A DNA stretch of 63,269 nt, the filler included, from Rhabdomonas costata (lineage: Eukaryota), in NCBI GenBank assembly GCA_019059605.1. It is 52 parts of 52 records of this genome, joined end to end, with 100 filler letters (N's around TTAATTAATTAA, not from the genome) between each part and the next. Parts side by side here need not be neighbours in the genome. Positions count along the whole stretch, not along the records: positions 24,381 to 25,499 come from JAHMHO010027662.1; positions 25,600 to 26,718 come from JAHMHO010027663.1; positions 26,819 to 27,937 come from JAHMHO010027664.1; positions 28,038 to 29,156 come from JAHMHO010027665.1; positions 29,257 to 30,375 come from JAHMHO010027666.1; positions 30,476 to 31,594 come from JAHMHO010027667.1; positions 31,695 to 32,813 come from JAHMHO010027668.1; positions 32,914 to 34,032 come from JAHMHO010027669.1; 44 more parts are not named here. One strand, 5' to 3'. Positions within the stretch are counted from its first letter, which is position 1, and every line of letters starts with the position of its first letter. The notes under the pieces were generated by a model. That model was given only the letters and a program-made list of their open reading frames with translations. It was not told the origin of the DNA and did no database searches. Position numbers and translations under genes: made by a program. Of this stretch, positions 24,884 through 37,543 are shown one piece after another.

Positions 24884-25685
24884 CTAAAAAAATGCGCAAA
24901 GTCATCTGCAAACGCCACAACTCTATTTACAAAGACGAAGGCAATACACCCGTTGGGCAGTATTCGTTCCTCCACACCTCGCTTGCCGCTGAATTCAATG
25001 GAAATGTTGGCTGCGGGCTCTTTCGGGTGGGAAGCTGGGCGGCAGGAGTTCGGTAGCCCGGAATCCCCACGGCGGTCCAGAACAAGCCCACGAATTCGCT
25101 TGACGGAGAATTCGCTTGAAAAAACACGCAATGATTGCTTGGGCGAAGCACGCCAACGTCGGTTGTACAATTCCTTGGATGTTGACTAGGTCAACCCCCC
25201 AACGGGAGCGGATAGATATTCATACCACAGAAACCATCTGTCCAGGATTTACACAAATGTCGGAATTACAAAGGAATTCGAATGCCGCAAGTCAAGGGTG
25301 CCCGTGGCTTCCACAGCTACCACGTCTCATTCTCTACACAAGCTGGGGGGGAGGGGGAGAGAAACACCTTGCTCAGAAAACACGCACGCGCAAACGCTTG
25401 TGGACAGGCAATTACCGATTCGGAAAACCAAGTCACCACAGGCCCAGGGCCCAGCCGAAGCCTCTCGTTATTCCCGCTGACCACCCACACCAACACCCCN
25501 NNNNNNNNNNNNNNNNNNNNNNNNNNNNNNNNNNNNNNNNNNNTTAATTAATTAANNNNNNNNNNNNNNNNNNNNNNNNNNNNNNNNNNNNNNNNNNNNT
25601 GTTGGGTGGATGCACGCGCAGTCGAATCGTTGCTCCTCGCCGTCGCCGATGGGGGGAGGGGGCTTGCGGTAGAACAGAAAGAGAC

Positions 25686-25834
25686 CTCACACGGCGGATG
25701 TAGAAGCGGCTCTCCGGATAGTGGATCCCCGGGGTCGCGCCTGCGAGAATGGAGATCGTCCCCGAGGGCTTCACCGAGGTGAGCTTGCGGCTGCACGGGA
25801 TGTGCAGCCAGCGGCTCAGCATAATGTCCCTGGC
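25686..25834 (-). CDS. nrdJ: Adenosylcobalamin-dependent class II ribonucleotide reductase (monomeric RTPR type), single exon
   Basis: cag|ARDIMLSRWLHIPCSRKLTSVKPSGTISILAGATPGIHYPESRFYIRRV|gt. TxVKPSGT plus ATPGIHYP...YIRR is typical of the monomeric NrdJ. The donor could be after 25691 or 25686. Confidence 0.88.
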
Positions 25835-27234
25835 CTGAACAGTCTGAGAAGGCAGGGAAAGACCGGGATAGAGCACTGAAATGGAGCGCTGGAAAGGAGC
25901 CGATAGGAGGTTGCTCGTTGTGTTGCCTGGCGCAAGGATATGACAGTTCCTCAGATCCACCGGCCCTTTTGTTTGATTTGGGGTCAGTTGTTCCCAATAC
26001 CGCTTGACTGCTCGGCAGTCGAAAAAACATGGGATAGCATAGGGAGAAAGGGAGGATAGTTACGACTGGCCGCGATGGACACTGCACTGTCAGCATCCTG
26101 ATGAACAATCGTGCTGCAGGTGCTTGCAAATAGGGAAGTGAAAAATTCCAGTCCTCTATCGGCCCGCTTCGGTTTTTCAATATAATTCACCTCAACCCGA
26201 CCCCCATATAGTCCCACCTTGATCAGATAAGCAAGTCCGGTCTCTAATACATATAAATTTCTGTCACTGATTGGCAAGCAAAAACAAATTGGTCCAATTG
26301 TTCAATTGGAGCCGGAAAGATTCAGTTCAACTCAAAGTTTAACCCAACCCTGTTGTAAGAAAATGGGGTTCTGGTCATCCTGCAAGGTACTATGGCGCGT
26401 TTCATCTCAAAAAGGAAAGAGGGATAGTTTCCCATAGAAACGTCACCCCAGGGAACCGCCAGAGCAGGAGTGGTACAAGCGTTGAGTTCGAAACGCTAGG
26501 TTCAATAAATCCCAGAAGCACAGGTATTTTTCGGGTATAAAAACAGCACCCAGTTCACCCCAAATTCGTCAGTAAACACTCAAAGGTGCATTGCATTCAG
26601 AGAATATCCTTGTCCCCCAAATACAAAAATAAAACCAAAAATAAAGGTGAAAGACGAAACTTTCTCCGTCAATCTTTGTAAGTTCGAAATGTCTGTTCTT
26701 TTTTTTTTTTGAAACGTTNNNNNNNNNNNNNNNNNNNNNNNNNNNNNNNNNNNNNNNNNNNNTTAATTAATTAANNNNNNNNNNNNNNNNNNNNNNNNNN
26801 NNNNNNNNNNNNNNNNNNGTGTTGTGGTTAAAAACTCTCAGTGTACGGTGTAGCCTGCTATATTTAGCGTTACTGCTGGAGTTAAATTAATGCAAGAGTC
26901 AAAGAGAGTTAGGCGTGGGTCCCAGGGTTAAGGTTAGGTACTGGGGCTGGAGATGAGGGTTTTGTCAATGGTTACAGAGCAAATGGCGTTGGGGCTCACT
27001 GAAACGCGGCTAAGGGCAAAGGGAGCGTAAGGGGCTAAGGGTTTCGTCTCAAGCGTTAGGAATGTTGGGGTTGGTGCTATAGATTCGTTCTCGGGGGTCA
27101 GAGAAATGGAGATTTCAGGTTAAGTTTTGGTTTTGGTTAAGAGTCGGGGTTGTTAGGGCTGCGGCCAGGAGTTTGAAATCCAGGATTGGGGTGTTTGGGT
27201 TGGGCACGCACCCCCAGCCGCACTTGGTTTCCCA

Positions 27235-27640
27235 TTGAACTCTCACGCTCACATCACGACTTCTCTCGTCTATGCTACCTGCTTCTTTGCATTCGTGTTC
27301 ATCCTTCGCCACTCACAAGCCGCCTCGATCACCGCAACCGACCTCGATCAAGGCTGCCTGCGCTTCCGTTCTGCTAAACGATCAACACCCTCTACTGGCG
27401 ACCACTGTCCTCCCTCTTGGCTGCATGGGGAGCCTTTCTCGCTTCCCACCCACTGCGGGATTAGACAAGCTTCTTGCCGTCTCCCTGCGCGACCTACCTA
27501 CCCCGGGAGCTCACTCACAGGCACTCCTTCCGCCGCGCGAGCACTCCTCCATCTCGGACTTAACCCTGCTCAACTGCTGGCTTGGGGCCGGTGGTGCTCT
27601 GCCCAAAGCCTCCAGCCCTACATCGAGCACCTTTCGCCAA
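27235..27640 (+). mobile_element. Degenerate tyrosine recombinase (DIRS/Ngaro/VIPER-like or Crypton-like element remnant)
   Basis: R-H-R-W-Y catalytic pattern split over frames: FILRHSQ, HSFRR (about 27523-27537, other frame), ALLHLG...WGRWCSAQSLQPY. No introns. Confidence 0.7.
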
Positions 27641-28037
27641 TGATTCTCCAACCCGACAACGCGATCACCCTTATGTCCCCGGACAAGTCCCTACTACCCA
27701 ACCCCTTGTGCACCCTCTGGCCCTTGCGGCTTTTTCTGCCTCACACAGACCTACCCGATCACCATGTGATGCTCCCTCTTTTGTCCCTGCCGTTGGTGCC
27801 CTGTCTCCTTCCCCGCCAATTCGGCATCTCCCTTCGAGCCGCCTCCTGCCTGGACCACATGCCGCCACCCCTCTCTTCCGTTGATCCTCCCCAAAGTGAC
27901 GACAGCTCATCTTCCCGGATTCCCTTTCCCCACAAACNNNNNNNNNNNNNNNNNNNNNNNNNNNNNNNNNNNNNNNNNNNNTTAATTAATTAANNNNNNN
28001 NNNNNNNNNNNNNNNNNNNNNNNNNNNNNNNNNNNNN

Positions 28038-29156
28038 GGGGGGTGGGTGCTCCCGAGACCGCGGCGGGGAGCTCCAGGTCCAGACTGTGCCTGCCGCTGT
28101 CCGCGGCAGCGAAGATCTTCGCGGAGAGCTCCTCCAGGATCTCGTCAGCCGCGCGGCGGGTCTCGCCCTGGCGGAACCCCTCGAAGAGCTCGGAGAGTCT
28201 CTGCACCTCCTGGAAGACCTGCCGCGCGAAGACCTTCTCGCGACACGCCGCGGCCAGGGAGTCCAGCCCCAGCTTCACCGCCAAGCCGTGTACCTTGTGA
28301 GGTGTGGCACGTAGCACACCCCTCCACCATTCGAAAGAGCAGATGCCGAACCCACACGCGGAGAGAGAATGCGTATGTGAAAATAGAATTCCTCGTGAAC
28401 ATACATCTTGGCTCTGTGATTGGCCCCTGTAGCAGTTCTTGGTCATATCCGAGACCACAGGCGCAGAGAGAGTGTGCCCGAAGAGAGAGGCGACCTAAAA
28501 ACGCTGGATTTCGACGATTCGGTTCGTCCGTTCGCTGTGGTGTGATCACATGAAAAATCCAGCGAACATCAAAAATGAAGTCCCGAAAAGTCCCTTTTCA
28601 CCGAAGTATTGCTTCTGCTGTTGAGCCACTGGAAACCTCATGCCGGGGACAGTCCCCTCCTCTCAAAGAAGGCGAACACCACCATCATGTGCTTTTCACC
28701 ACCAATGTGCGTTTGTAGGGGATGAGGCAGGGGGAGGCCCGTTGCAACGCATTCGAATCAGCCGCATTGCCTTCCAAAAACAGAACCGGTTTTTACCGAG
28801 CTCAAACAGCAAAAGGCCTAGTCAGCACTCCAGCGCCCCTACCCCCGCACCGGCACTTTTCCTCCAAGTCTTTCCGCAATGCCTTGGATGCGAGCGACTT
28901 GGTCCCATAGTTCACATAACCCCCACCCTGTTTCTGACCCACGCTCACCAGCAGCAGTACAGCCCTCTCCGAAATGCCCAAGTACGTACCTTGGGCCGCA
29001 GCTTGGGCGGAGGCAGCTCGTCCAACGTTAGGAACCTCAGCACAGCCTGAAAGGCATCGGGCGGGGCGTCTTCGACGATGACCTCAGACTGGCCGGCCTC
29101 GGCAAAGCCCCCCAGCAGCAGGCTCTCGAAGTATGGGCTTTGGCTGGCAAACACCC
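28038..29156 (-). CDS. BTB/POZ-domain protein, partial; exons 28990-29156 and 28038-28293
   Basis: ASQSPYFESLLLGGFAEAGQSEVIVED..PDAFQAVLRFL, then VHGLAVKLGLDSLAAAC. GT-AG intron in phase 0. Confidence 0.88.
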
Positions 29157-32100
29157 NNNNNNNNNNNNNNNNNNNNNNNNNNNNNNNNNNNNNNNNNNNN
29201 TTAATTAATTAANNNNNNNNNNNNNNNNNNNNNNNNNNNNNNNNNNNNNNNNNNNNTTTTTGGGTTCTGAGTGCAGGTTGGGTGTGGGTTCAGGCATCTC
29301 TGGTGGGTTGAGGCATTCGGGTTGTGAGTTTGGGTCTTTGGTTTATGAATTCGGGGTTTGGGTGTTTGGTTTTTGGTTTTCGTCCAATGCTTACGGCCAA
29401 GGCTGCAACCCTACCGGTAAAGCCAGTGGAACGCAAGGAATCTGAGGTACTAAGGAATATGTCCGCAACGCTGTCATTGACCCGAAATTGGTGTGTGTGT
29501 CGTAAAAAGTGACCAGGGTTAAGTCTGTTCGACTTGTAAAATGGCACGTGAGTTGTGTTAACATCCTCTAGAGAGAGTTGATATCTCAGCCACACCGTGT
29601 TTTTCTACGCTTGCTTACCCATTCTTGCTTGAGTTGTGTGGTCTCGATGGTGGTCAGTGGTTCTGTAGCTTTGGTGAGTCGGCGAGTTTGTGTCTATGGT
29701 TCGGGTGTCGTGGGTAGTGTATCGTGATGTGCTTAGTTCTGTCTCCGTTTCTGTCTTCGGGTTTATGCTGGAGGGTTCGTGTGTGTTGAAGGGTTCTGTG
29801 TGTGTAATTCTGCTCCGTTAGTGCTCACCTATCTCTCTCGATGTGGCTTTCCCATGGATTCCGGTGTTCTATCGTTGGTACTGTGTCTTTCGTCGAGCAG
29901 ACTGGAGGTGATTGGATAGGAGACCAAGGTGGACTGTGTGATCATGCAAGAGGCGCTACCTGCAACAGCTACGACCTAGGAAACTACACCAACACGAGAA
30001 CACACGACAAGCTGAGATCCCACGTAGAAAACAAGGAAATGGAATGTGGAGTACTACGTGGAATGCCGCTGGTAACAGTTGAGCTAAGGCTATGCATGAA
30101 CGCCACAGGTTGGTCAAGTGCAGATGCTGAGGTGAGGCTGAGTTGGCATGTGACGAGTCATGCGCGTACCTCACAGGTTGTCACACGTTCATGTCCCCAT
30201 GTATCCAGAGACACAACCCCGTAGCGTACATGCCATGGTAAGAACGTATGGCATAGTTACCATCTTTCTACTACTATGTGTGTGTGTTAGAACCAGGTTT
30301 TGGGATAGGCGTAAGGTCAACGTCACCATTTGAGTGAGGGGTGCTAATTACCTGATGCTCGTGAGACCCCACACCNNNNNNNNNNNNNNNNNNNNNNNNN
30401 NNNNNNNNNNNNNNNNNNNTTAATTAATTAANNNNNNNNNNNNNNNNNNNNNNNNNNNNNNNNNNNNNNNNNNNNTGTATTGGGAGTGTTTGGGGTTTTG
30501 TGTAGGCCTGTCGTGATGAGAGGGTTGTTGCATTGGCGCTTTTGAAGTTTCCTGGTGACCCGAAAGAGTGACAGAAGACGGAAGAACTTGTGCGCGTGTG
30601 AGGGACTTGTTATGAGCGTGTTGCGTCGGCGCGGAAGTGCAAATTACGGCGGCGGAAGATTATCGTCGTCGAGCAGGAGCTGAAGCGGAAGAGGATGCAT
30701 CAGCAGGACACGGAAAGGAAAAGGCTTTTCTGCAAACAGTGGGGGTAACTTGCACCCCGAAAATTGGGCGCTGGTGAGAATGCGATGAGAATGAGACATG
30801 TCGAACGCTGCACGCACCCGGAGAAGGAGGAAGAGGCGCAGGAATCATCTCGGTCACAGCCGAGGAGACCCAGGTTCCCTCCACTCCGTCCTCCCGAACA
30901 GGCTTTACGGAATATCTGAGAGGAAAACGAAGTGATAGATATTTTTTTTGGTAATGAGGAAGTGCTCATCTGAGTCGAAAGAGGAGCTAATTGAAAGAAA
31001 GTGTAGCGTTCAGGTTGGTGAACCTCCTGGGTGATTGAACGAGGCGGCGGTCTCTCTCTCCCACCAAAATAAATAGATTCCGCAGTAAAGGGGTAGAATA
31101 GAAAGGGGAATAGGCGTAACTGGGGGTATCTGGACCTGAGTTGGCATCCGTAGTCTTCGGAGCAGGGCTCATACTGGCTGCACGGACCGCCCTGAAAAGG
31201 TACGCAACCACGGAAAACCCGTGATTCGAAAAGGGGGGGATACGCTGCACTCCATTGCAGTGCCGTCAAAGGCATCTCATCCCCATACTGACCTAAGCGT
31301 TGCCTTCCTTTTTGTTTGGAAGAAATTCGCACCCGGAGAGCACCCGGGACGCTGGAAACAACCAATATCGACCTGAGAAAGAAGAACTCCAGAAATTCTC
31401 ATAAAGGGTACGAGGAAAAACTCCGTGTGTTGTGAACCAAAGGGACCTTTCCTCTTTATGCCCGTCTCCAGGTCTCTAATTCCGAAAGAAACATCGCAAA
31501 GAGTATGTTTCTCACCCGAGCAATAACAAGAAAAAGCCCCCTCATCCCGACACATCCTCCCGGCCATAACCTCAGCTGTACGAAAGGAAAAACANNNNNN
31601 NNNNNNNNNNNNNNNNNNNNNNNNNNNNNNNNNNNNNNTTAATTAATTAANNNNNNNNNNNNNNNNNNNNNNNNNNNNNNNNNNNNNNNNNNNNTGTGGT
31701 GAAGATGTAGCATGATGCAGTGTTGCTTTTGAAATAATATTGTTTTGCAATTGTTAGAAAAATACAAATTTCAAAAGCAACACTGCATCATGCTACATCT
31801 TCATCACACATTGCAATGTCCGCCGATTGTGAAGGAATGAACTACGAAAGCGAAGGATATCCTGACAGTGATAGTGATTATTATTCTGTCAGGATGAAGA
31901 TAAGGGATATTATCCCAAATATTGCGCTGTTTATTATAAAACTGAAGATGATGACGAAGAGAACTGTACAAAAGAAGTCGAACGACTTACAAAAGAATTC
32001 ACGGTTCAGCAACTGAAAGACATGCTCGCATCAAGTGACATTGAACTTGTTGCTCAGCAACTGTCAACATCTGTGGCTGCGTTGAAGCAAGCAATTTAAG

Positions 32101-32380
32101 CTCTTCGCTTCGTCACAGAGATGTCCGCCGTCGCCACCGTCGCCGTCCTTACCGCAATTCCCACAGCCACAGCCACAGCCACAACGACAGCCACCTTCGT
32201 CCCCACCTTCATCGCCACCGCTGTACAAACAGCCAGGCCCTACGTCCCTGGCTTTTGTCGTTGCGGAAAGCGCACTAAGCCCAACTGAAGCTACTGCCAT
32301 GAATGTTGGGCTTGGCGCGAAGCACTATACTGCCGCTGTGGCAACGCAACAAATAGACGACTCGTGTTCATTAATGCGAG

Positions 32381-32813
32381 ATGATCCCAATTTACTTCAG
32401 AAATGAAGTCGATGATTTGTTGCGAGTCCAGAACGTTTCTGGATTTGAACAAATCGTCATGCATCTGGCAGACCAACGGTTGGGTGACTATGACGTGTCG
32501 ATCATTCTCACGGAAGATCTTGGAGGGATTATTGGCAATGCCCGATATCTTTACAAAACCCCTTCTTATGGCACTGATGGCTCAACTGCTCTCTGCAGTT
32601 AATCATCTGCACAATCTGCAGATCTGCCACGGAAACGTGAAACCTGCAAATATGCAGGTTAGCGACGATGGAGAGCTCCGGCTTGGTTTTTCGAGGCAGA
32701 TAACAGAACTTGATAGTTCAGTAGAATATCATCTTGCACCAGAAGTCATCACAGGATGTGAGCCGATAACAACTGCGATAGACATTTGGGGAATTGCGCT
32801 GTTCGTCATCCAG
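32381..32813 (+). pseudogene. Intronless degenerate Ser/Thr kinase (CMGC-like)
   Basis: QLLSAVNHLHNLQICHGNVKPAN (HRD changed to HGN), DFG absent, LAPEV...IDIWG present. Frameshifts and stops lie upstream. Confidence 0.7.
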
Positions 32814-34295
32814 NNNNNNNNNNNNNNNNNNNNNNNNNNNNNNNNNNNNNNNNNNNNTTAATTAATTAANNNNNNNNNNNNNNNNNNNNNNNNNNNNNNN
32901 NNNNNNNNNNNNNTGTGTTAGGTGTGTTGGGTTGAATATGGCGCACTTAGTGGACCGTTGGGATATTTCATTATAAAAAATCAAGAACTACACTAACAGC
33001 CGCCATTAGCCGAAGAGAGCAGAAGTCAACACCCTAAATTCGACCAGAAGAAGAGGCAATGTTTGCATCTTGCCTCACAGTGACGTCTCCGAAGCCAGCC
33101 TTGCACCTGGTCGCGCATCGATGTCAGATGATATCATGGGAGGCCTGTTCAACTGACTCTCCTCAGCTGTTGATGCGCATCGATTGTGGATCGGAGGGCT
33201 TTTCCATCCCGGGAAGCAGTCGCAGCATCAGTACCCGAAAGGATTGTGGCTCACGGATGGGCCCTGCAGTGTTCAAGCGAGGAAGTTTCTTTCACAGACC
33301 ACCGTGAGCAGAAGCTGCACCAGAGTTTCCTGAGGGAACCCAAAGAAATGGGCGTTGTCTTTCGAGGTGTGCAGCATGGGGTGTGTGGGAGCGTGGTAGT
33401 CAGCAATGGGAATGTCCACCCGAGGGCAATTTGCGCTGCGTAGCCATCCCGTAGCCCAGCGATTCATCAGAAGGAACCGATGGCTATTTCTCCAGTCCCG
33501 CTTGGAGCGCACCCAGCCGTCGGTCCTCACTGGGAAGGCGGGAATGGTGAGCCAGACTATCCTCTGGGAGCCAGAGAGTCCAATCACTGACCTAACCACC
33601 TGTTGTCAAAAGGAAAGAAAAGGAAGGAAGGCAATTGCTGAGACGATTCCTGCAGACTTGAACGCGATCCCAGTTTGGTGAATACGCACTTTGTCGGGAA
33701 CAGAAGTCATTGCGTATTGCACAGAGTCGGGGAAAGTGGAATCCAGGAGGGTTAAGAGACGCTCATCATCCAACTCAAATACAAGACGCACAGTCTGAGT
33801 GTGTCAAAAATTAGCATTTGTTGCAGCAAAATGACCGAAGGGTCATACCAGCTGGAACTCCTCAAAAGTCCAGTGAGCTTCCGAAGCGAAGTGCTGGCCA
33901 ACGCAAATAAACACACAATCGTAGCGCTTGTCCACCATCCATGTATCTTCGAGGTGCGGCGCAGTCCACCGTGGTAGCATCTTTCGGATGGTCGCAAACC
34001 TGAAGACAGCGCAATGGGGGGGGGGGGGTTAANNNNNNNNNNNNNNNNNNNNNNNNNNNNNNNNNNNNNNNNNNNNTTAATTAATTAANNNNNNNNNNNN
34101 NNNNNNNNNNNNNNNNNNNNNNNNNNNNNNNNTGTTTGTGTTTGAGGACATTGTGCCCACTGAAGTGCCTCGACCACCAGCATGGGAATGGGCACAATGT
34201 CCTCAACCACGAACGACAAAAAATGCACGACCAATTGCGCGGCGTGATGCCTTGCCCAACAGCATGCGGAAAAATCGCGGGCGAATAATGCACAC

Positions 34296-34644
34296 CTGTG
34301 AAGTATCCAGTGGCTGTGCAGGTAGTTCACTGCTTCTAAGAACTGCAGGGTGATGCACTGCGAATCCCCCCGAAAAGCTCCGCGCCACCGTTTTCGTGTT
34401 TGCCCTCACCCTCACGTCTCCTCAGAGAGAATGCTAAACTAACACATCCGAGAACTGCAGTTATACGGGCGGTGCTCATAAACCGGTTGAGCTTCAAAAA
34501 AAAGACTCGAGAACAAACCCGTAAGAATAACTATAACGCTCCTTAACTTGGCAGACCTTCACTTGGGGGGAGGTGAAGCGGATCTTCCGCTGCTCCATGA
34601 GCGTCCGCAGGTCGTGCTCCACAAACTCCATCACCAGAAATACG
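34296..34644 (-). CDS. CDK11/CDK10-like cyclin-dependent kinase, partial; exons 34557-34644 and 34296-34357
   Basis: VFLVMEFVEHDLRTLMEQRKIRFTSPQVK-CITLQFLEAVNYLHSHWILHR with a GT-AG intron in frame. Confidence 0.88.
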
Positions 34645-36596
34645 CTGCGCGGAGGGAGGCACTCGAACCCACTCATACATCAAGCATCAAGAAGCGTCAG
34701 TTGGTACAAAAAGACAGCCAACCACAAGCTTAAAGATACATCCTGCTGTGGAAGTGCTATATAATAATAGGTGAGACAAAAAGACAGATGGGCACAGGAA
34801 GTTTTTAGATTTCAAAGGGCTAAGCACTACACACATGTACCATGACCACGTGCTTTCTTTGATTTGCAGGAATAAGAGCAGCCCCTCTAACAAAGCAACT
34901 TTCAACTGCGAACCTCGACTTCCCACATTTTAGCAGAATCCTGCAGATAGTCAGGCGAATCCTTTTCAGTGCAAATATTGACTCTATCGGACCCAGGACA
35001 CGGAGGTACAGTCAAAGAATGGACTCCACATGGCTACAAGGGAAGACACCCTGATTTTGCAAGTTTCCGAACAGATCTTCGAACACCTAAAATTAATACA
35101 AAAGCGGTCCGATGCATTTTTCTTTGGGTTAAACGGCTCAACGTTGTCAAAACGGTTTCACGCAACGGCGATGAGCAGTCCACAGGAGTTGTCACACAAT
35201 AGGGACAGAGTTATTTAAGTGGTGAGGGCCAGCGCCGCTGGCCGCCACCACNNNNNNNNNNNNNNNNNNNNNNNNNNNNNNNNNNNNNNNNNNNNTTAAT
35301 TAATTAANNNNNNNNNNNNNNNNNNNNNNNNNNNNNNNNNNNNNNNNNNNNGGTTGGTTGGCATACACACTTTCAACACAGATTCACAAAACGCTTCTAT
35401 CATCTTCATCAACACCCAGCTGCCCGCCACCCAAACAGCATATCCTGGGAAGATGTCTCACCGGACTCTGGCGACCAACTACACATCCACGAAGCCATCC
35501 GTCCGCTTTCCGGGATGGGCCTTAACAAACCAAGAAACGCTGGCTTGAGCTGGGTCGTTTACCAATAATTCCCAGCACAGAACCCTCCAATGGAGCCCCG
35601 CTTTCCCACAGGGGCCCATGCATGCGCTCATCGCATCTAAACAGCTACCACACACACACAGCATCTCTGCACCGGTTCGGCAGATTCCCATATGTGAAAA
35701 CTGGAGCCACACTTGGGGAAAGAAGACAGGAATGCAGGTCAAGCCAGCAAGTGGTGGAAGGACGTCTCAGAGGTAAAGTCACGGAGAGCTATGCAAGCCT
35801 TTTCCGCGCAGAAAGCACAACACAACAAAATGGGGATATCTTGAGAGGAGAGTTCTATGTGAATAAAGGAGGTGAACTCCGGGCGGAGCAGCTAACTGAT
35901 CTCATGCACTGCCCCAGTGCCTGATGTTTCGACCCCGACAGAAGGAGAGAGAGAGAGCGAGAGAGCGAGAGAGCGCAAAACAAACAAATCTGGCCTCGGA
36001 GGGGGCCAAAGTAAAAAACAAAAAGTGTCCAACGGGACCGCAACTATTACAACCAGAGTCACATGGGTCTCCAAACTACATGAGGGAAGGCAAACAGCCC
36101 AACCCAATCCCGGCCGACTCGGCGGCAGGCTGTTTCCGGAGCCCACTCTGGGGAGTAGCCAAGTATTCGTGAAGAAAGCCACGTAAACACGGGCCTTTCG
36201 TAGGCACGAGGGGAGAACATGTCCTCCCGACACCACAATACACAAGCAGACGAGCTCAAGAGGACCAGAAGGATAGTCCCATGAAAAGCACGCAAAGAGG
36301 GGGTGCGCCCATAACTCTGGGGCACGCCGACACACAAGGCATGTGCGGGCATGCAGTCAAGCGGGCTTGCAGTGCAAGTGGATTCCTGGAGGCAGCGAGC
36401 GGGATCGGGCTGGGGGTGAGAAGCCCGACAGAGAAGGAACGCACGAACAACTTCCAAAAACTGCTCGAAANNNNNNNNNNNNNNNNNNNNNNNNNNNNNN
36501 NNNNNNNNNNNNNNTTAATTAATTAANNNNNNNNNNNNNNNNNNNNNNNNNNNNNNNNNNNNNNNNNNNNCTGCACTGGCTCGAGTTGGTGCGCAG

Positions 36597-37543
36597 ATGT
36601 ACGCGAAGATCTTCCACCCGTACACCGTGAAGCAGTGGGGAAAGCCCCCGCGGCAGCTCGCGGCGGAGGTGCTGGACCGAATCCCCGTGCGCTCGGACTG
36701 GAATGACCGGTACTTCCCCGGGGATGAATTCCAGGCGCTACCCTCCCGGGGCTACACCGCGATGTTCGCAGCGATGCTGGGGCACCCCAAAATCACCGTG
36801 GTGCTGGGCACGGACTACTTCGAGGTGCGGCGTTTTTGTCGGTGGTCCACTCGTGAAATCGCTGACCGCCGGCTGAGTCTCTTCGTGCATATTCACTTTT
36901 GATAATCCCAAGACGTCTGTTGTCCACCGAAATATTTGCCTGCCTCACTCCTTCATCTGCCTCGCGAGGTGCAGCTGCGCCGTGACTTTTTATTCATCTT
37001 GCCGCGTAAACATATTTATTGCTCGTTGGACTATGCCGAGTATTTCTGGCGATGGTGGTGGTTCCCTTTTCAACTAATAATCCAACAGGAAAGCAAATTA
37101 GCGGGCTAATCAAACTCCGACTCACCAGAAGTCCAGAAAAGATGAGTTTGTTTTTGTGAAATTAGGCGCGCTATCAGTGGAATCATGAATCCTGTCCTGT
37201 GTGGTCATGTAGTCTCCTGCATCTTCTTCCGAGGGTTGGGTGGGTATCTTAAGTGCCCATACTCAGGATTTCTGGTCGTGTGACCTCTTCTAGGATAGTC
37301 TTGCCACTCCATGTCTCCCACCCCACCAAGACCACCTGCACTTTCATATCTGTTTCATGTGCCCTTGCCGCCCTCGGTGCTGGGCAGGTCAAGAAGGCGC
37401 TTCAGGGGAGGTTCCAGAGGCTCTTCTTTACCGGCCCGATCGACGAGTACTTCAGCAGCCAGGGCTGGCCCAAACTGGAGTACCGCAGCATCATCTTCCA
37501 GAGGGAATACGCCAAACCCCGAACCAGGGCAGGGTACTACCAG
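36597..37543 (+). CDS. glf: UDP-galactopyranose mutase, prokaryotic type, partial; exons 36597-36824 and 37388-37543
   Basis: YTVKQWG...RIPVR...DRYF..DEFQALP..GYT...TDYF-...FTGPIDEYF....KLEYRS. GT-AG intron 36825-37387 in phase 0. Confidence 0.92.

Noticed and set aside
26920-27160. True telomere array
   Set aside because: Only scattered degenerate GGGTTA-like units with no tandem run.
31816-33997. Stop-codon reassignment explaining in-frame stops
   Set aside because: The same regions also have frameshifts, and all well-supported exons read with the standard code.
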